DNA from: Rhodospirillaceae bacterium
GTDB taxonomy: Bacteria > Pseudomonadota > Alphaproteobacteria > SHVZ01
DNA: 64,000 nt
NCBI GenBank assembly: GCA_016792585.1
Contig: JAEULB010000159.1
Span: forward strand, 47,097-111,096
Reading direction: 5' to 3'
Of this stretch, positions 1-8,495 are shown piece by piece; the first letter of the stretch is position 1, and every line of letters starts with the position of its first letter. The notes below the pieces were generated by a model. It was not told the origin of the DNA. It did no database searches and was given only the letters and a program-made list of their open reading frames with translations. The position numbers and the translations under genes were made by a program.

Positions 1-1
1 C

Positions 2-211
2 CAGGGCCTCGACGCGCCGGTCGAAGGCGAGACGCCGAGCCCGCTCGATCCGCCGAAGGGCTGTCCCTTCCACACCCGCTGCCCGCGCAAGGTAGGCACG
101 ATCTGCGAGGCCGCGCGTCCGCCAGAGCAGGTGACGCCCGCCGGCCATCGCATGGCCTGCCACATCCCGATGGCCGATCTCGCCCGCGTCCAGGAGAAAG
201 AGCTGACATGA
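2..211 (+). CDS. Dpp/Opp-type ABC transporter ATP-binding protein, C-terminal fragment (5' end outside window)
   Basis: Frame-2 translation ends ...GCPFHTRCPRKVGTICEAARPPEQVTPAGHRMACHIPMADLARVQEKELT*. This is the Cys/His-rich C-terminal tail typical of DppF/OppF ATPases. The stop overlaps the next start (ATGA at 208-211). Confidence 0.75.
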   Translation, partial: QGLDAPVEGETPSPLDPPKGCPFHTRCPRKVGTICEAARPPEQVTPAGHRMACHIPMADLARVQEKELT

Positions 212-1917
212 TTCAGAGCCAGATGGTCGCGACCCGCACCGAGGTCGCGGGCACGCGCGGTGTCGTCACCGGCGGGCATCCGGCCGAGGCCGCGGCCGGC
301 GTGGCAATGATCGAGGCCGGCGGCAATGCGATCGATGCCGTCGTCGCCGCCGCGTTCGTAGGATTCGTCGTCGAGCCGGCTTCGTGCGGCATCGGCGGCT
401 ACGGCCACCTCGCGGTCTGGCTCGGCAAGGAAAAGCGCTTCGTCACCTTCGACCACTATGTCCGCGCGCCGGGTGCGGCACGACCCGACATGTTCGAGAT
501 CGATCGCACCAAGCCGAACAAGTACTACGGCTTCCCCTACACGGTCGGGATGAAGGCCGAGCAGGGTCCGCTGGCGCCGGCGGTGCCGGGCGCCGTCGCG
601 GGCCTGTGCGATGCGCACCGCATGTTCGGCCGGCTGCCGCTGGCCAAGGTGCTGGAGCCGGCGATCGCCGAGGCCGAAGCCGGCATCGAGGTCACCTGGC
701 AGCTGCTGCTGCCGATCTCCGAGCGCCTCGCCGCGATCCAGGCATTGCCGGCGACCGCCGACTGGCTGCTGCGCAACAACCTGCCGCCGAAGGCCGCGGG
801 CCAGCTCGCCGGCGGCGGCGACCGTCTCGACGGCAAGGATCTCGCGAAGACGCTCCGCCGCATCGCCGAGAAGGGTGCGGCCGGCTTCTACGAAGGGCCG
901 GTCGCCGAGGCGATCGAGCGCCATGTGACCGGCCAGGGCGGCATCCTGACCGCCGCCGATCTCGCGACATACAAGACCCGCATCCTGGAAGAGAAGCCGA
1001 CCCGCTATCGCGGCCTCAACTGCAACACCTGCTACGACCAGGTGACCTACGAGGCGCTCAACATCCTCGAATGCTTCGACCTCAAGGCCCTCGGCAAGGA
1101 CAGCCTCGCCTTCCGCCATCTGATCGCCGAGGCGCTCGCCTGCGGCTTCATCGACAGCATGACGCATTACGGCGACCCGGACTTCGAGCGGGCACCGGTC
1201 GAAGGCCTCGCCAGCCCCGAGTTCGGGAAGATGCGCGCCCAGCAGCTCCGCATGGACCGCGCCCTGCCGCGTCCGGTCGCCGCCGCCGATCCCTGGCCCT
1301 ACGACAACTCGGCCGAGAGGCCGAAGAAGATCGCCAACGAGCCGGGCATCGCCAAGCTCGCCGGCACCAGCCAGATGGCCTCGGCCGATGCCGAGGGGAA
1401 CGTCTGCGCCTTGATCACCAGCCTCACCAGCGGCTTCGGATCGCTGATGATCGTTCCCGGTACCGGGGTAATCCTCAACAACTCGATGCAGAACTTCGAC
1501 CCGCGGCCCGACCAGGCGAACCGCATCAAGCCGGGCAAGATGCCGATCTTCGCCGCCCCTTCGCTGGTCGCCGAGAAGGACGGCCGCGCCGTCTTCGCCG
1601 GCTGCGGCTCGGGCGGCTACCGGATCACCACGGGCGTGCTGCACGCCTTCCTCTACGCGACCGAGTTCGGGATGGGCCCGCAGGCGGCGGTCGATGCGCC
1701 GCGGATCCACTGCCAGGGCCAGGAGACCTATGTCGACGGCCGCATTCCGCAGGAGGTGCGCGACGGTCTCGCGGCGATGGGCCACAAGGTCGTGGTCCAG
1801 ACCGAGTCCCCCGGCCTCAACGCCTTTGGCCGTGTGAACGCAATCACCGTCGCCAAGGACGGCTCGATGCGCGCCGGTTCGGGCCCGGCCTGGGCCTCCG
1901 CCGCGGCCGCGTGCTGA
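208..1917 (+). CDS. gamma-glutamyltransferase family protein (Ntn hydrolase), paralog 1
   Basis: 569-aa ORF with GGNAIDAVVAAAF, nucleophile region LAG-TSQMASADAEGNVCALITSL and GSGGYRI...DAPRIH. No N-terminal signal peptide is visible. Confidence 0.85.
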   Translation: MIQSQMVATRTEVAGTRGVVTGGHPAEAAAGVAMIEAGGNAIDAVVAAAFVGFVVEPASCGIGGYGHLAVWLGKEKRFVTFDHYVRAPGAARPDMFEIDRTKPNKYYGFPYTVGMKAEQGPLAPAVPGAVAGLCDAHRMFGRLPLAKVLEPAIAEAEAGIEVTWQLLLPISERLAAIQALPATADWLLRNNLPPKAAGQLAGGGDRLDGKDLAKTLRRIAEKGAAGFYEGPVAEAIERHVTGQGGILTAADLATYKTRILEEKPTRYRGLNCNTCYDQVTYEALNILECFDLKALGKDSLAFRHLIAEALACGFIDSMTHYGDPDFERAPVEGLASPEFGKMRAQQLRMDRALPRPVAAADPWPYDNSAERPKKIANEPGIAKLAGTSQMASADAEGNVCALITSLTSGFGSLMIVPGTGVILNNSMQNFDPRPDQANRIKPGKMPIFAAPSLVAEKDGRAVFAGCGSGGYRITTGVLHAFLYATEFGMGPQAAVDAPRIHCQGQETYVDGRIPQEVRDGLAAMGHKVVVQTESPGLNAFGRVNAITVAKDGSMRAGSGPAWASAAAAC

Positions 1918-1942
1918 GGTGATGAGGAGAAGTGACTTCCTA

Positions 1943-1972
1943 CCCCCACTCCCGCCGAAGGCGGGGGAGGGT
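1943..1972. repeat. REP-like imperfect GC hairpin (CCCCACTCCCGCC-GAA-GGCGGGGGAGGG)
   Basis: Inverted repeat read directly between the two GGT genes. It shares the CTCCCGC...GCGGGGGAGGG core with the element at 45944-46094. Confidence 0.4.
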
Positions 1973-1993
1973 TCCGATGGAAGCGGGTCGGCC

Positions 1994-3667
1994 ATGAGGC
2001 CCGGCTCGGTCATCCTCGGCCGGACGCCGATCAGCGGTACCAAGGGCGCCGTCGCCTGCGGGCACCAGACAGCGGCCGATGTCGGCGTCGAGATCATCCG
2101 CCAGGGCGGCAATGCGGTGGATGCGGCGATCGCCGGCGCCTTCGCCTCCTTCGTCGTCGAGCCGCAGATGTGCGGGATCGGCGGGCATGGCCGGATGTCG
2201 GTCTATCTCGCGAAGACCGATAAGGCCGTCGGCATCGACCACTTCATCCGGGCGCCCAAGGCGGCGACGCCGGAGATGTACACGCGGGCTCTCGCCAAGT
2301 GGCGCAACGCCGGCTGGGGCGGCGTCGAGGGCGCGATCAACACCACGGGCCACCTCTCGGTCGGAATCCCCGGCACCATCGCCGGCCTCTGGGAGGCGCA
2401 TCGCCTCTTCGCCAAGCTGCCGTGGAAGTCGTTGGTCGGCCCCGCGATCGAGCTTGCCCGCGCCGGCGTCGTCGCCGATCCGAGGCTGACCGCCTCGATC
2501 GCCGGCCGGACGGTCGAGATCCGCCAGTATGCCGAGGCGGCGAAGTGGCTGCTGCCTGACGACGCGCCGCCCCGCCCGGCCAATGCCGGCGGCGCTTTCC
2601 ACCGCTTCGACTTCTCCGACATGGCCCGGACGCTGGAGACCATCGCCGAGAAAGGCGCCGCCGCCTTCTATGACGGCCGGCTCGCCGCCGCGATCGACCG
2701 TGAGATGCAGTCCGCCGGCGGCCTGCTGACGTCAGAGGACCTCGCCGGCTACAAGCCCGACACTTTCCTTCAGCCCTGGCACGACTACCGCGGACGCGAC
2801 TACGTCACCTGCGGCGACCTTATCTATGTCGAGGCCCTCAACATCCTCGAGCGCTTCGACCTGGGATCGCTCGACCCGCACGGGGCCGAGGTCCGGCACC
2901 TAGTCGCCGAGGCCCTGGCCCAGTCCTTCGCCGACAACTTCGCCCATGCCGCCGACCCGAGGCACCTGAAGGCGCCGCTCGAGGGTCTGGCCAGCAAGGC
3001 CTTCGCCGCCGAGCAGGCGGCGCTTATCCGGACCGAAAAGGCGCGCACCAAGGTCGAGCCGGGCAACCCGTGGCCGCACCAGGGACCGACGCCGTCGGTC
3101 CCGCCGCCGCCCTTCGAGGGCACGACCCAGATCGTCGCCGCCGACGGCGACGGCAACATGGCGAGCCTGATCACCAGCCTCGGCAGCGCTTTCGGCTCGC
3201 TGGTCATGATCCCTGGAACCGGGGTCTTCCTCGGCAACGCCATGCAGTGGTTCGACCCGCGCCCTGGCCAGGCCAACTCGGTCGGCCCCGGACGCATGCC
3301 CCTTTATGCCGCCCCGGTCGCGATCTTCCGCGAAGGCGGCCGATCGATCGGTGGGATCGCCGGCTCCGGCGGCTATCGCATCCTCTCGGCAATTCTAATC
3401 TTAACACTCAATTATCTTAACCATCTATTTGATCCACAACAATCTATCGACCTTCCGCGAATTCACACGGAGGGTGGCGACCTCGAGGTCGACAGCCGCA
3501 CCTCCCCGGCCGCCATCGATCGCTTGAAAGCCCTCGGCCACCGGGTCCGGCTGGTCGACGGCGTCGGCCTGCCGACCGCCTTCGGCCGCCCGTCTGCGGT
3601 GTGGCGGACGGCCGACGGCCTGGTTCCCGCCAGCGACGCGCGCTCCGGCGGCGTCGCCGCCTTCTGA
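1994..3667 (+). CDS. gamma-glutamyltransferase family protein, paralog 2
   Basis: From ORF 1919-3667. I moved the start to ATG 1994 (MRPGSVILGR...) because 1943-1972 is a REP-like hairpin. Motifs GGNAVDAAIAGAF, EG-TTQIVAADGDGNMASLITSL and GSGGYRI...LPRIH. No signal peptide. Confidence 0.8.
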   Translation: MRPGSVILGRTPISGTKGAVACGHQTAADVGVEIIRQGGNAVDAAIAGAFASFVVEPQMCGIGGHGRMSVYLAKTDKAVGIDHFIRAPKAATPEMYTRALAKWRNAGWGGVEGAINTTGHLSVGIPGTIAGLWEAHRLFAKLPWKSLVGPAIELARAGVVADPRLTASIAGRTVEIRQYAEAAKWLLPDDAPPRPANAGGAFHRFDFSDMARTLETIAEKGAAAFYDGRLAAAIDREMQSAGGLLTSEDLAGYKPDTFLQPWHDYRGRDYVTCGDLIYVEALNILERFDLGSLDPHGAEVRHLVAEALAQSFADNFAHAADPRHLKAPLEGLASKAFAAEQAALIRTEKARTKVEPGNPWPHQGPTPSVPPPPFEGTTQIVAADGDGNMASLITSLGSAFGSLVMIPGTGVFLGNAMQWFDPRPGQANSVGPGRMPLYAAPVAIFREGGRSIGGIAGSGGYRILSAILILTLNYLNHLFDPQQSIDLPRIHTEGGDLEVDSRTSPAAIDRLKALGHRVRLVDGVGLPTAFGRPSAVWRTADGLVPASDARSGGVAAF

Positions 3668-3744
3668 CCGATGCCGGTCGCTTTGCGGCAGGTACGGACC
3701 CTGTCCGCGACGTGAGATGATCCACCGCTTCCCAGAGGAATGAG

Positions 3745-5091
3745 ATGTCCCTTCCCGCCAAAGCCAAATACGTCGTCATCGGCGCCGGTGTTCACGGCCT
3801 ATCGACCGCCTATCACCTGGCCGAGAAGCTGGAGGCGACCGGCAAGGGCTCGGGCAAGGACATCGTGATCCTGGACAAGACCGGCATCGCCGCCGGCGCC
3901 TCGGGCATCGCCTGCGGGGTCATCCGCAACAACTACTTCCAGCCGGCGATGCGCGAGCTGATGGCCGAGTGCGTGTCGGTCTGGGAGTCGGACCCCAAAG
4001 CCTTCTCCTACCACCCCGTAGGCTACATGCAGATCTCTCCTGAAGTGATGCATGAGAATGTCGGGCAGATCGCCAAGCAGCAGAAAGATATCGGCTACGA
4101 CTCTGTTTTCATTGAGGGCAAGGCCGACTGCACCAAGTACATGAAGGGCCTGTTCGACGACTGGCAGGCCAAGGGCATCACCTCGGTCCTGCACGAGAAG
4201 AAGGGCGGCTACGCCAACAACCGGGCGTCCATGTACGGGCTCGCCAAGAAGGCTGAGGCGAACGGTGTCCAGATCGTGGCGCCGACCAAGGTCACCGGCT
4301 TCAAGTTCGCGTCCAACTCGACGGCGGTCTCGGCGGTCGAGACCGACCGCGGCACGATCGAGTGCGACTTCGTGGTGGTCGGCGTCGGCCCCTGGATCAA
4401 CCAGGTCTGGAAGATGCTTGACCTGCCCAAGACCGTCGACATCAAGGGCCGCGACGGCAAGGTCCACAAGGCCGTCGGCATGTGGACCTACTGGTGCCTG
4501 GAGGAAGGCACGCTCGGCGTCGATCCCAAGTATGGCCTCATGAACGACGGCAAGATGGGCCCGGTCATGCACGTCGACACCGACGCGCCGTTGCACTCGG
4601 ACGAGGATGGCTCCCTCATCACCGACAAGCTCTGGGGCATCTACTACAAGCCCGACTTCAACTTCGACGGCATCCAGGGCGGCGCCATGCCGTACAAGGT
4701 CGAGACCCCGGTAGATGAGGTGAAGATCGACCCTTACGGCCCTGACTCACCTGAGTTCATTGTCGACGCCAACTTCGCGCACATGTTCACCTCGGCCCTC
4801 GCCTTCTGCCAGAAGCGCTACTCGGGCCAGGCGCACAAGTGGAAGCACGAGCCGTCTGGCGGGCTGGGCTGCTTCACCCCGGACAGCTTCCCGGTCTTCG
4901 ACGTCTTCCGCGACAACGTCTATGTGCTGGCCGACTCGAACCACGGGTACAAGATGATCGCGGTCGGCAAGCTCGCAGCCGGCGAGATCGTCAGCGGCAC
5001 CAAGAGCAAGCTGCTCGAGCCCTTCCGGATCTCGCGCTTCCCCGAGGGCAAGCTGCACCCGGTCTCCAACAGCCCCTTCCCCTGGAGCTGA
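3745..5091 (+). CDS. FAD-dependent oxidoreductase (DAO / sarcosine-oxidase-beta-like)
   Basis: 448-aa ORF with N-terminal dinucleotide-binding motif KYVVIGAGVHGLSTAYHLA and C-terminal SNHGYKM typical of the DAO family. Confidence 0.8.
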   Translation: MSLPAKAKYVVIGAGVHGLSTAYHLAEKLEATGKGSGKDIVILDKTGIAAGASGIACGVIRNNYFQPAMRELMAECVSVWESDPKAFSYHPVGYMQISPEVMHENVGQIAKQQKDIGYDSVFIEGKADCTKYMKGLFDDWQAKGITSVLHEKKGGYANNRASMYGLAKKAEANGVQIVAPTKVTGFKFASNSTAVSAVETDRGTIECDFVVVGVGPWINQVWKMLDLPKTVDIKGRDGKVHKAVGMWTYWCLEEGTLGVDPKYGLMNDGKMGPVMHVDTDAPLHSDEDGSLITDKLWGIYYKPDFNFDGIQGGAMPYKVETPVDEVKIDPYGPDSPEFIVDANFAHMFTSALAFCQKRYSGQAHKWKHEPSGGLGCFTPDSFPVFDVFRDNVYVLADSNHGYKMIAVGKLAAGEIVSGTKSKLLEPFRISRFPEGKLHPVSNSPFPWS

Positions 5092-5094
5092 CCC

Positions 5095-6516
5095 ATGCCC
5101 GCGCCGATGGATTTCATCCACAAGCTCAAGTTCGACGACCTTCCGGCGAAGGTGGTCGAGCAGGCCAAGCTCTGCCTCGTGGACCTCATCGGCGCGGCGG
5201 CAGCCGGCAGCGAGACCGCGATGTCGCGGATCATCCGCGACCACGCGGTCGAGACCTTCGGGGCGCGCAAGAACGCCGTCCGCCTGATGCTGGACGGCCG
5301 CAAGGTCGGCCCCGCCGGCGCCGCGATGGCCGGCGGCATCACCATCGACGCCTTCGACTCCCATGACGGCCACGTGCTGACCAAGGGCCATGCGGGCGTC
5401 GCGATCCTGCCGACCCTGCTGGCCCTGGCCGACCCGCTGAAGAAGGTCGCCGGCCGCGAATTCCTGACGAGCCTGGTGATCGGCTACGAGATCGCGATCC
5501 GCGCCGGCATCGCCACCCATCGGACGGCGAAGGACTATCACACCTCCGGGTCCTGGAACTCGCTCGGCGCCGCCGCGGTCGTGGCGCGCTGGATGAAGCT
5601 CTCCCCGGCGCTAACCCGGGAGGCCCTCGGCATCGCCGAGTATCATGGCCCCCGCAGCCAGATGATGCGCTGCATCGACTTCCCGACCATGGTGAAGGAC
5701 GGCTCCGGCTGGGGTGCCATGGCCGGCGTCAGCGCGGCACTGCTGGCGAAGGCCGGTTTCACCGGCGCTCCGGCCCTGGTCTGGGAGGGCGCCGACGTCG
5801 CCGATCTCTGGCGCGACCTCGGCAAGCGCTGGCGGATCATGGAGATGTACTTCAAGCCCTACCCGGTCTGCCGCTGGGCCCAGCCGCCGATCACCGCCAG
5901 CCTCGGCCTGCTCAAGAAGCACGGCATCAAGGGCGATGAGGTGACCCAGATCGAGGTCTCGACCTTCCACAACGCCGTCCGGCTCGCGACCCGGACGCCG
6001 AAGTCGACCGAGGAGGCGCAGTACAGCCTGCCCTTCCCGGTCGCCGCCGCGATCGTTCACGGCAAGGTCACCGCCCGCGAAGTCGACGGCAAGGGCCTGA
6101 CCGATCCCCGTGTGCTCAAGCTCGCCCGCGGCATGAAGCTGACCGAGGACCTGTCGCTGACCGCCGAGTTCCCGGCCCGCCGCATCGCCCGCGTCGCCTT
6201 GACCATCAAGGACGGCCGTGTGCTCAAGTCCGATCTCGTCGAGGCGCTCGGCGATCCGGAGCGGCCACTGGGCGCGGCCGGCATCGTCGCCAAGTACCGC
6301 GAGACAGCCGAGGCCGTGCTCGGCAAGGCCCGCACCGAGAAGATCTTGGCTCAGGCGATGGCGATGGACGGAGCGCGAGCCGATGCCCGCGCGCTGGTCG
6401 ACCTGGTGCTGGCGCCGGTGAAGGTGCAGAAGCCGGCGACGACGAAGCGCCGCGCGGCGGGCCGGCCGAAGACGCGCGCCAATGGCAGCGTCCAGGCCCT
6501 CGCCGCCGACGACTGA
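5095..6516 (+). CDS. MmgE/PrpD family protein (2-methylcitrate dehydratase-like) with basic C-terminal tail
   Basis: 473-aa ORF starting 4 nt after the previous stop. The opening FIHKLKFDDLPAKVVEQAKLCLVDLIGAAAAG is typical of MmgE/PrpD. The tail reads KVQKPATTKRRAAGRPKTRANG. Confidence 0.8.
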   Translation: MPAPMDFIHKLKFDDLPAKVVEQAKLCLVDLIGAAAAGSETAMSRIIRDHAVETFGARKNAVRLMLDGRKVGPAGAAMAGGITIDAFDSHDGHVLTKGHAGVAILPTLLALADPLKKVAGREFLTSLVIGYEIAIRAGIATHRTAKDYHTSGSWNSLGAAAVVARWMKLSPALTREALGIAEYHGPRSQMMRCIDFPTMVKDGSGWGAMAGVSAALLAKAGFTGAPALVWEGADVADLWRDLGKRWRIMEMYFKPYPVCRWAQPPITASLGLLKKHGIKGDEVTQIEVSTFHNAVRLATRTPKSTEEAQYSLPFPVAAAIVHGKVTAREVDGKGLTDPRVLKLARGMKLTEDLSLTAEFPARRIARVALTIKDGRVLKSDLVEALGDPERPLGAAGIVAKYRETAEAVLGKARTEKILAQAMAMDGARADARALVDLVLAPVKVQKPATTKRRAAGRPKTRANGSVQALAADD

Positions 6517-6535
6517 TCCGCTTCGAGGCGCCCGG

Positions 6536-6691
6536 CTATTCGGCCGGCGCGCCCGCCGGAAGATTCGCCGTTCCCTGTCGCTCGATCAGTTTGTCGCGCT
6601 CGACCATCCAGCCGCGGAAGATGACCACCATCCCGAGCATCACCAGGACGGTGAAGATCATGATCATGATCGGCAGGAATACCTCATGCAT
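6536..6691 (-). CDS. small hydrophobic protein, 51 aa (below the ORF-track cutoff)
   Basis: My translation is MHEVFLPIMIMIFTVLVMLGMVVIFRGWMVERDKLIERQGTANLPAGAPAE*. It has one predicted TM helix and a G-rich RBS-like AGGGGG a few nt upstream. It lies 88 nt downstream of the ABC ATPase on the same strand. Confidence 0.35.
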   Translation of the reverse strand: MHEVFLPIMIMIFTVLVMLGMVVIFRGWMVERDKLIERQGTANLPAGAPAE

Positions 6692-6779
6692 GTCAGCCCC
6701 CTGAAATTCTTCAGCAAAAGAAGGATTTCAGAGTTGGCCGTGGTCAGCATTGATTCAGGTCAAATTTGCGGAGAACCGC

Positions 6780-8495
6780 CTAGTTCACGTAGCGGTGCCG
6801 GGCGTGGATGCGGCGCTCGCGCGGATCGGGGCGCGGCACGGCTGAGAGCAGTGCCTTCGTGTAGCCGTGAACAGGGTCGTTGCAGACCTGCTCGGCATCG
6901 CCGGTCTCGACCACCTTGCCGCGATACATCACCGCGACCCGGTCGCAGATGTAGCGGATGACGCTGATGTCGTGGCTGACGAAGACGTAGGCGAGCTTGA
7001 GCTCGTCCTGGAGCTGCAGCATCAGGTCGAGCATCTGGGCACGGAGGGAGACGTCGAGGGCCGAGGTCGCCTCGTCCGCGACGATCAGGCGCGGGCTCAA
7101 GGCCAGCGCGCGAGCGATGCCGATGCGCTGGCGCTGGCCGCCGGAGAAGGCGTGCGGGTAGCGCTCGGCCCAGTCCGGATTGAGCCCGACGCGCTTCAAG
7201 AGTGCGGCGACCCGGTCGTGCAGCTCCGAGCCCTCGGCGATGCCGTTCACCAGCAACGGCTCGCCGATGATCTGGCCGACGGTCATGCGCGGATTGAGCG
7301 AGGCGAACGGATCCTGGAAGATCATGCGCATCTCGCGCCGGCACTCCCGCAGCCTGTCCTTCTCCAGGCTGGCCACGTCGTCGACGCTGCCGTCGGGACG
7401 GCGATAGAGGATCTGCCCGGCAGTCGGCTCGTAGACGCGAAGCAGGCAGCGGCCGAGCGTGGTCTTGCCCGAGCCGGACTCGCCGACGATACCGAGCGTC
7501 TCGCCCGCGCGCACGACGATGTCGACGTCGTCGACGGCGCGGACATGGTCGACCACCTTGCGGAAGAAACCCTTCCGGATCGGGAAGTGCATCTTGAGCC
7601 CGCGCACGTCGAGCAATGGCGGCTCCTCGGCGGAGACCGGCTCGCGCGCGGCGCGGATCTGGGAAGGCCGCTCCAGCTTCAGCACGTTGCCGAGCAGCAT
7701 CTGGGTATAGGGATCCTGGGGGGCGTGGAAGATCTGCTCGACCGGGCCGCGCTCGACCACCTTTCCCTGGTACATGACCACGACCTCGTCGGCGATCTCG
7801 GCGACGACGCCCATGTCGTGGGTGATGAACATCACCGCCATGCCGCGCTCGGCCTGGAGGCGCTTCATCAGGTCGAGGATCTCGGCCTGGGTGGTGACAT
7901 CCAGAGCCGTGGTCGGCTCGTCGGCGATCAGCACCTGCGGATTGCAGGCCAAGGCCATCGCGATCATCGCCCGCTGCCGCATGCCGCCCGAGTACTCGAA
8001 GGTGTAGCGCTCGATCGCACGCTCCGGATTCGGAATCTCGACTGCGCGCAGAAGCTCGATCGCCCGCGCCGTCGCCTCCTTCTTGCTCATGCCGAGATGG
8101 AGCGTCAGCACCTCGGTGATCTGGTTGCCGATCGTGTGCACCGGCGACAGCGACGACATCGGCTCCTGGAAGATCATCGCGATCTCGGCGCCGCGCACCG
8201 ACCGGATCTCGCGCCCGCGCGGGTTCAGGGAAGCGAGGTCGACCGATGTACCGTTCGTGCGGTTGAAGACGATCGAGCCCTTCTCCACGCGGCCGGGCGG
8301 ATCGACGATCTGCAGGATCGAGCGGGCAGTCACGCTCTTGCCCGACCCCGACTCGCCGACGACGCAGACGGTCTTGCCGCGCGAGAGGTCGAAAGAGACG
8401 CCGTCGACCGCCTTCACCACGCCGCCGCGCACGGGGAAGTGGGTGTGGAGGTCGCGGATCGAGATGATCGGCTGGCCAGGGGAAGCAGTAGTCAT
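6780..8495 (-). CDS. ABC transporter ATP-binding protein, fused double ATPase (DppD/DppF-like)
   Basis: 571 aa with two Walker A sites (GESGSGKS twice), two signature motifs ([16 protein letters not shown]) and two Walker B sites (LIADEPT, IVADEAT). Confidence 0.9.
   Translation of the reverse strand: MTTASPGQPIISIRDLHTHFPVRGGVVKAVDGVSFDLSRGKTVCVVGESGSGKSVTARSILQIVDPPGRVEKGSIVFNRTNGTSVDLASLNPRGREIRSVRGAEIAMIFQEPMSSLSPVHTIGNQITEVLTLHLGMSKKEATARAIELLRAVEIPNPERAIERYTFEYSGGMRQRAMIAMALACNPQVLIADEPTTALDVTTQAEILDLMKRLQAERGMAVMFITHDMGVVAEIADEVVVMYQGKVVERGPVEQIFHAPQDPYTQMLLGNVLKLERPSQIRAAREPVSAEEPPLLDVRGLKMHFPIRKGFFRKVVDHVRAVDDVDIVVRAGETLGIVGESGSGKTTLGRCLLRVYEPTAGQILYRRPDGSVDDVASLEKDRLRECRREMRMIFQDPFASLNPRMTVGQIIGEPLLVNGIAEGSELHDRVAALLKRVGLNPDWAERYPHAFSGGQRQRIGIARALALSPRLIVADEATSALDVSLRAQMLDLMLQLQDELKLAYVFVSHDISVIRYICDRVAVMYRGKVVETGDAEQVCNDPVHGYTKALLSAVPRPDPRERRIHARHRYVN

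Noticed and set aside
1919-1993. N-terminal 25 aa of track ORF 1919-3667 (MMRRSDFLPPLPPKAGEGSDGSGSA)
   Set aside because: This segment is the translation of a REP-like GC hairpin. The paralogs begin near the equivalent of ATG 1994, so I trimmed the CDS.
3389-3470. The AT-rich patch read as an inserted mobile element or IS remnant
   Set aside because: It is in frame and the same length as the homologous segment of the paralogs. It still encodes the conserved GGT helix and has no terminal inverted repeats or target duplication. I kept it as a compositional or mosaic anomaly instead.
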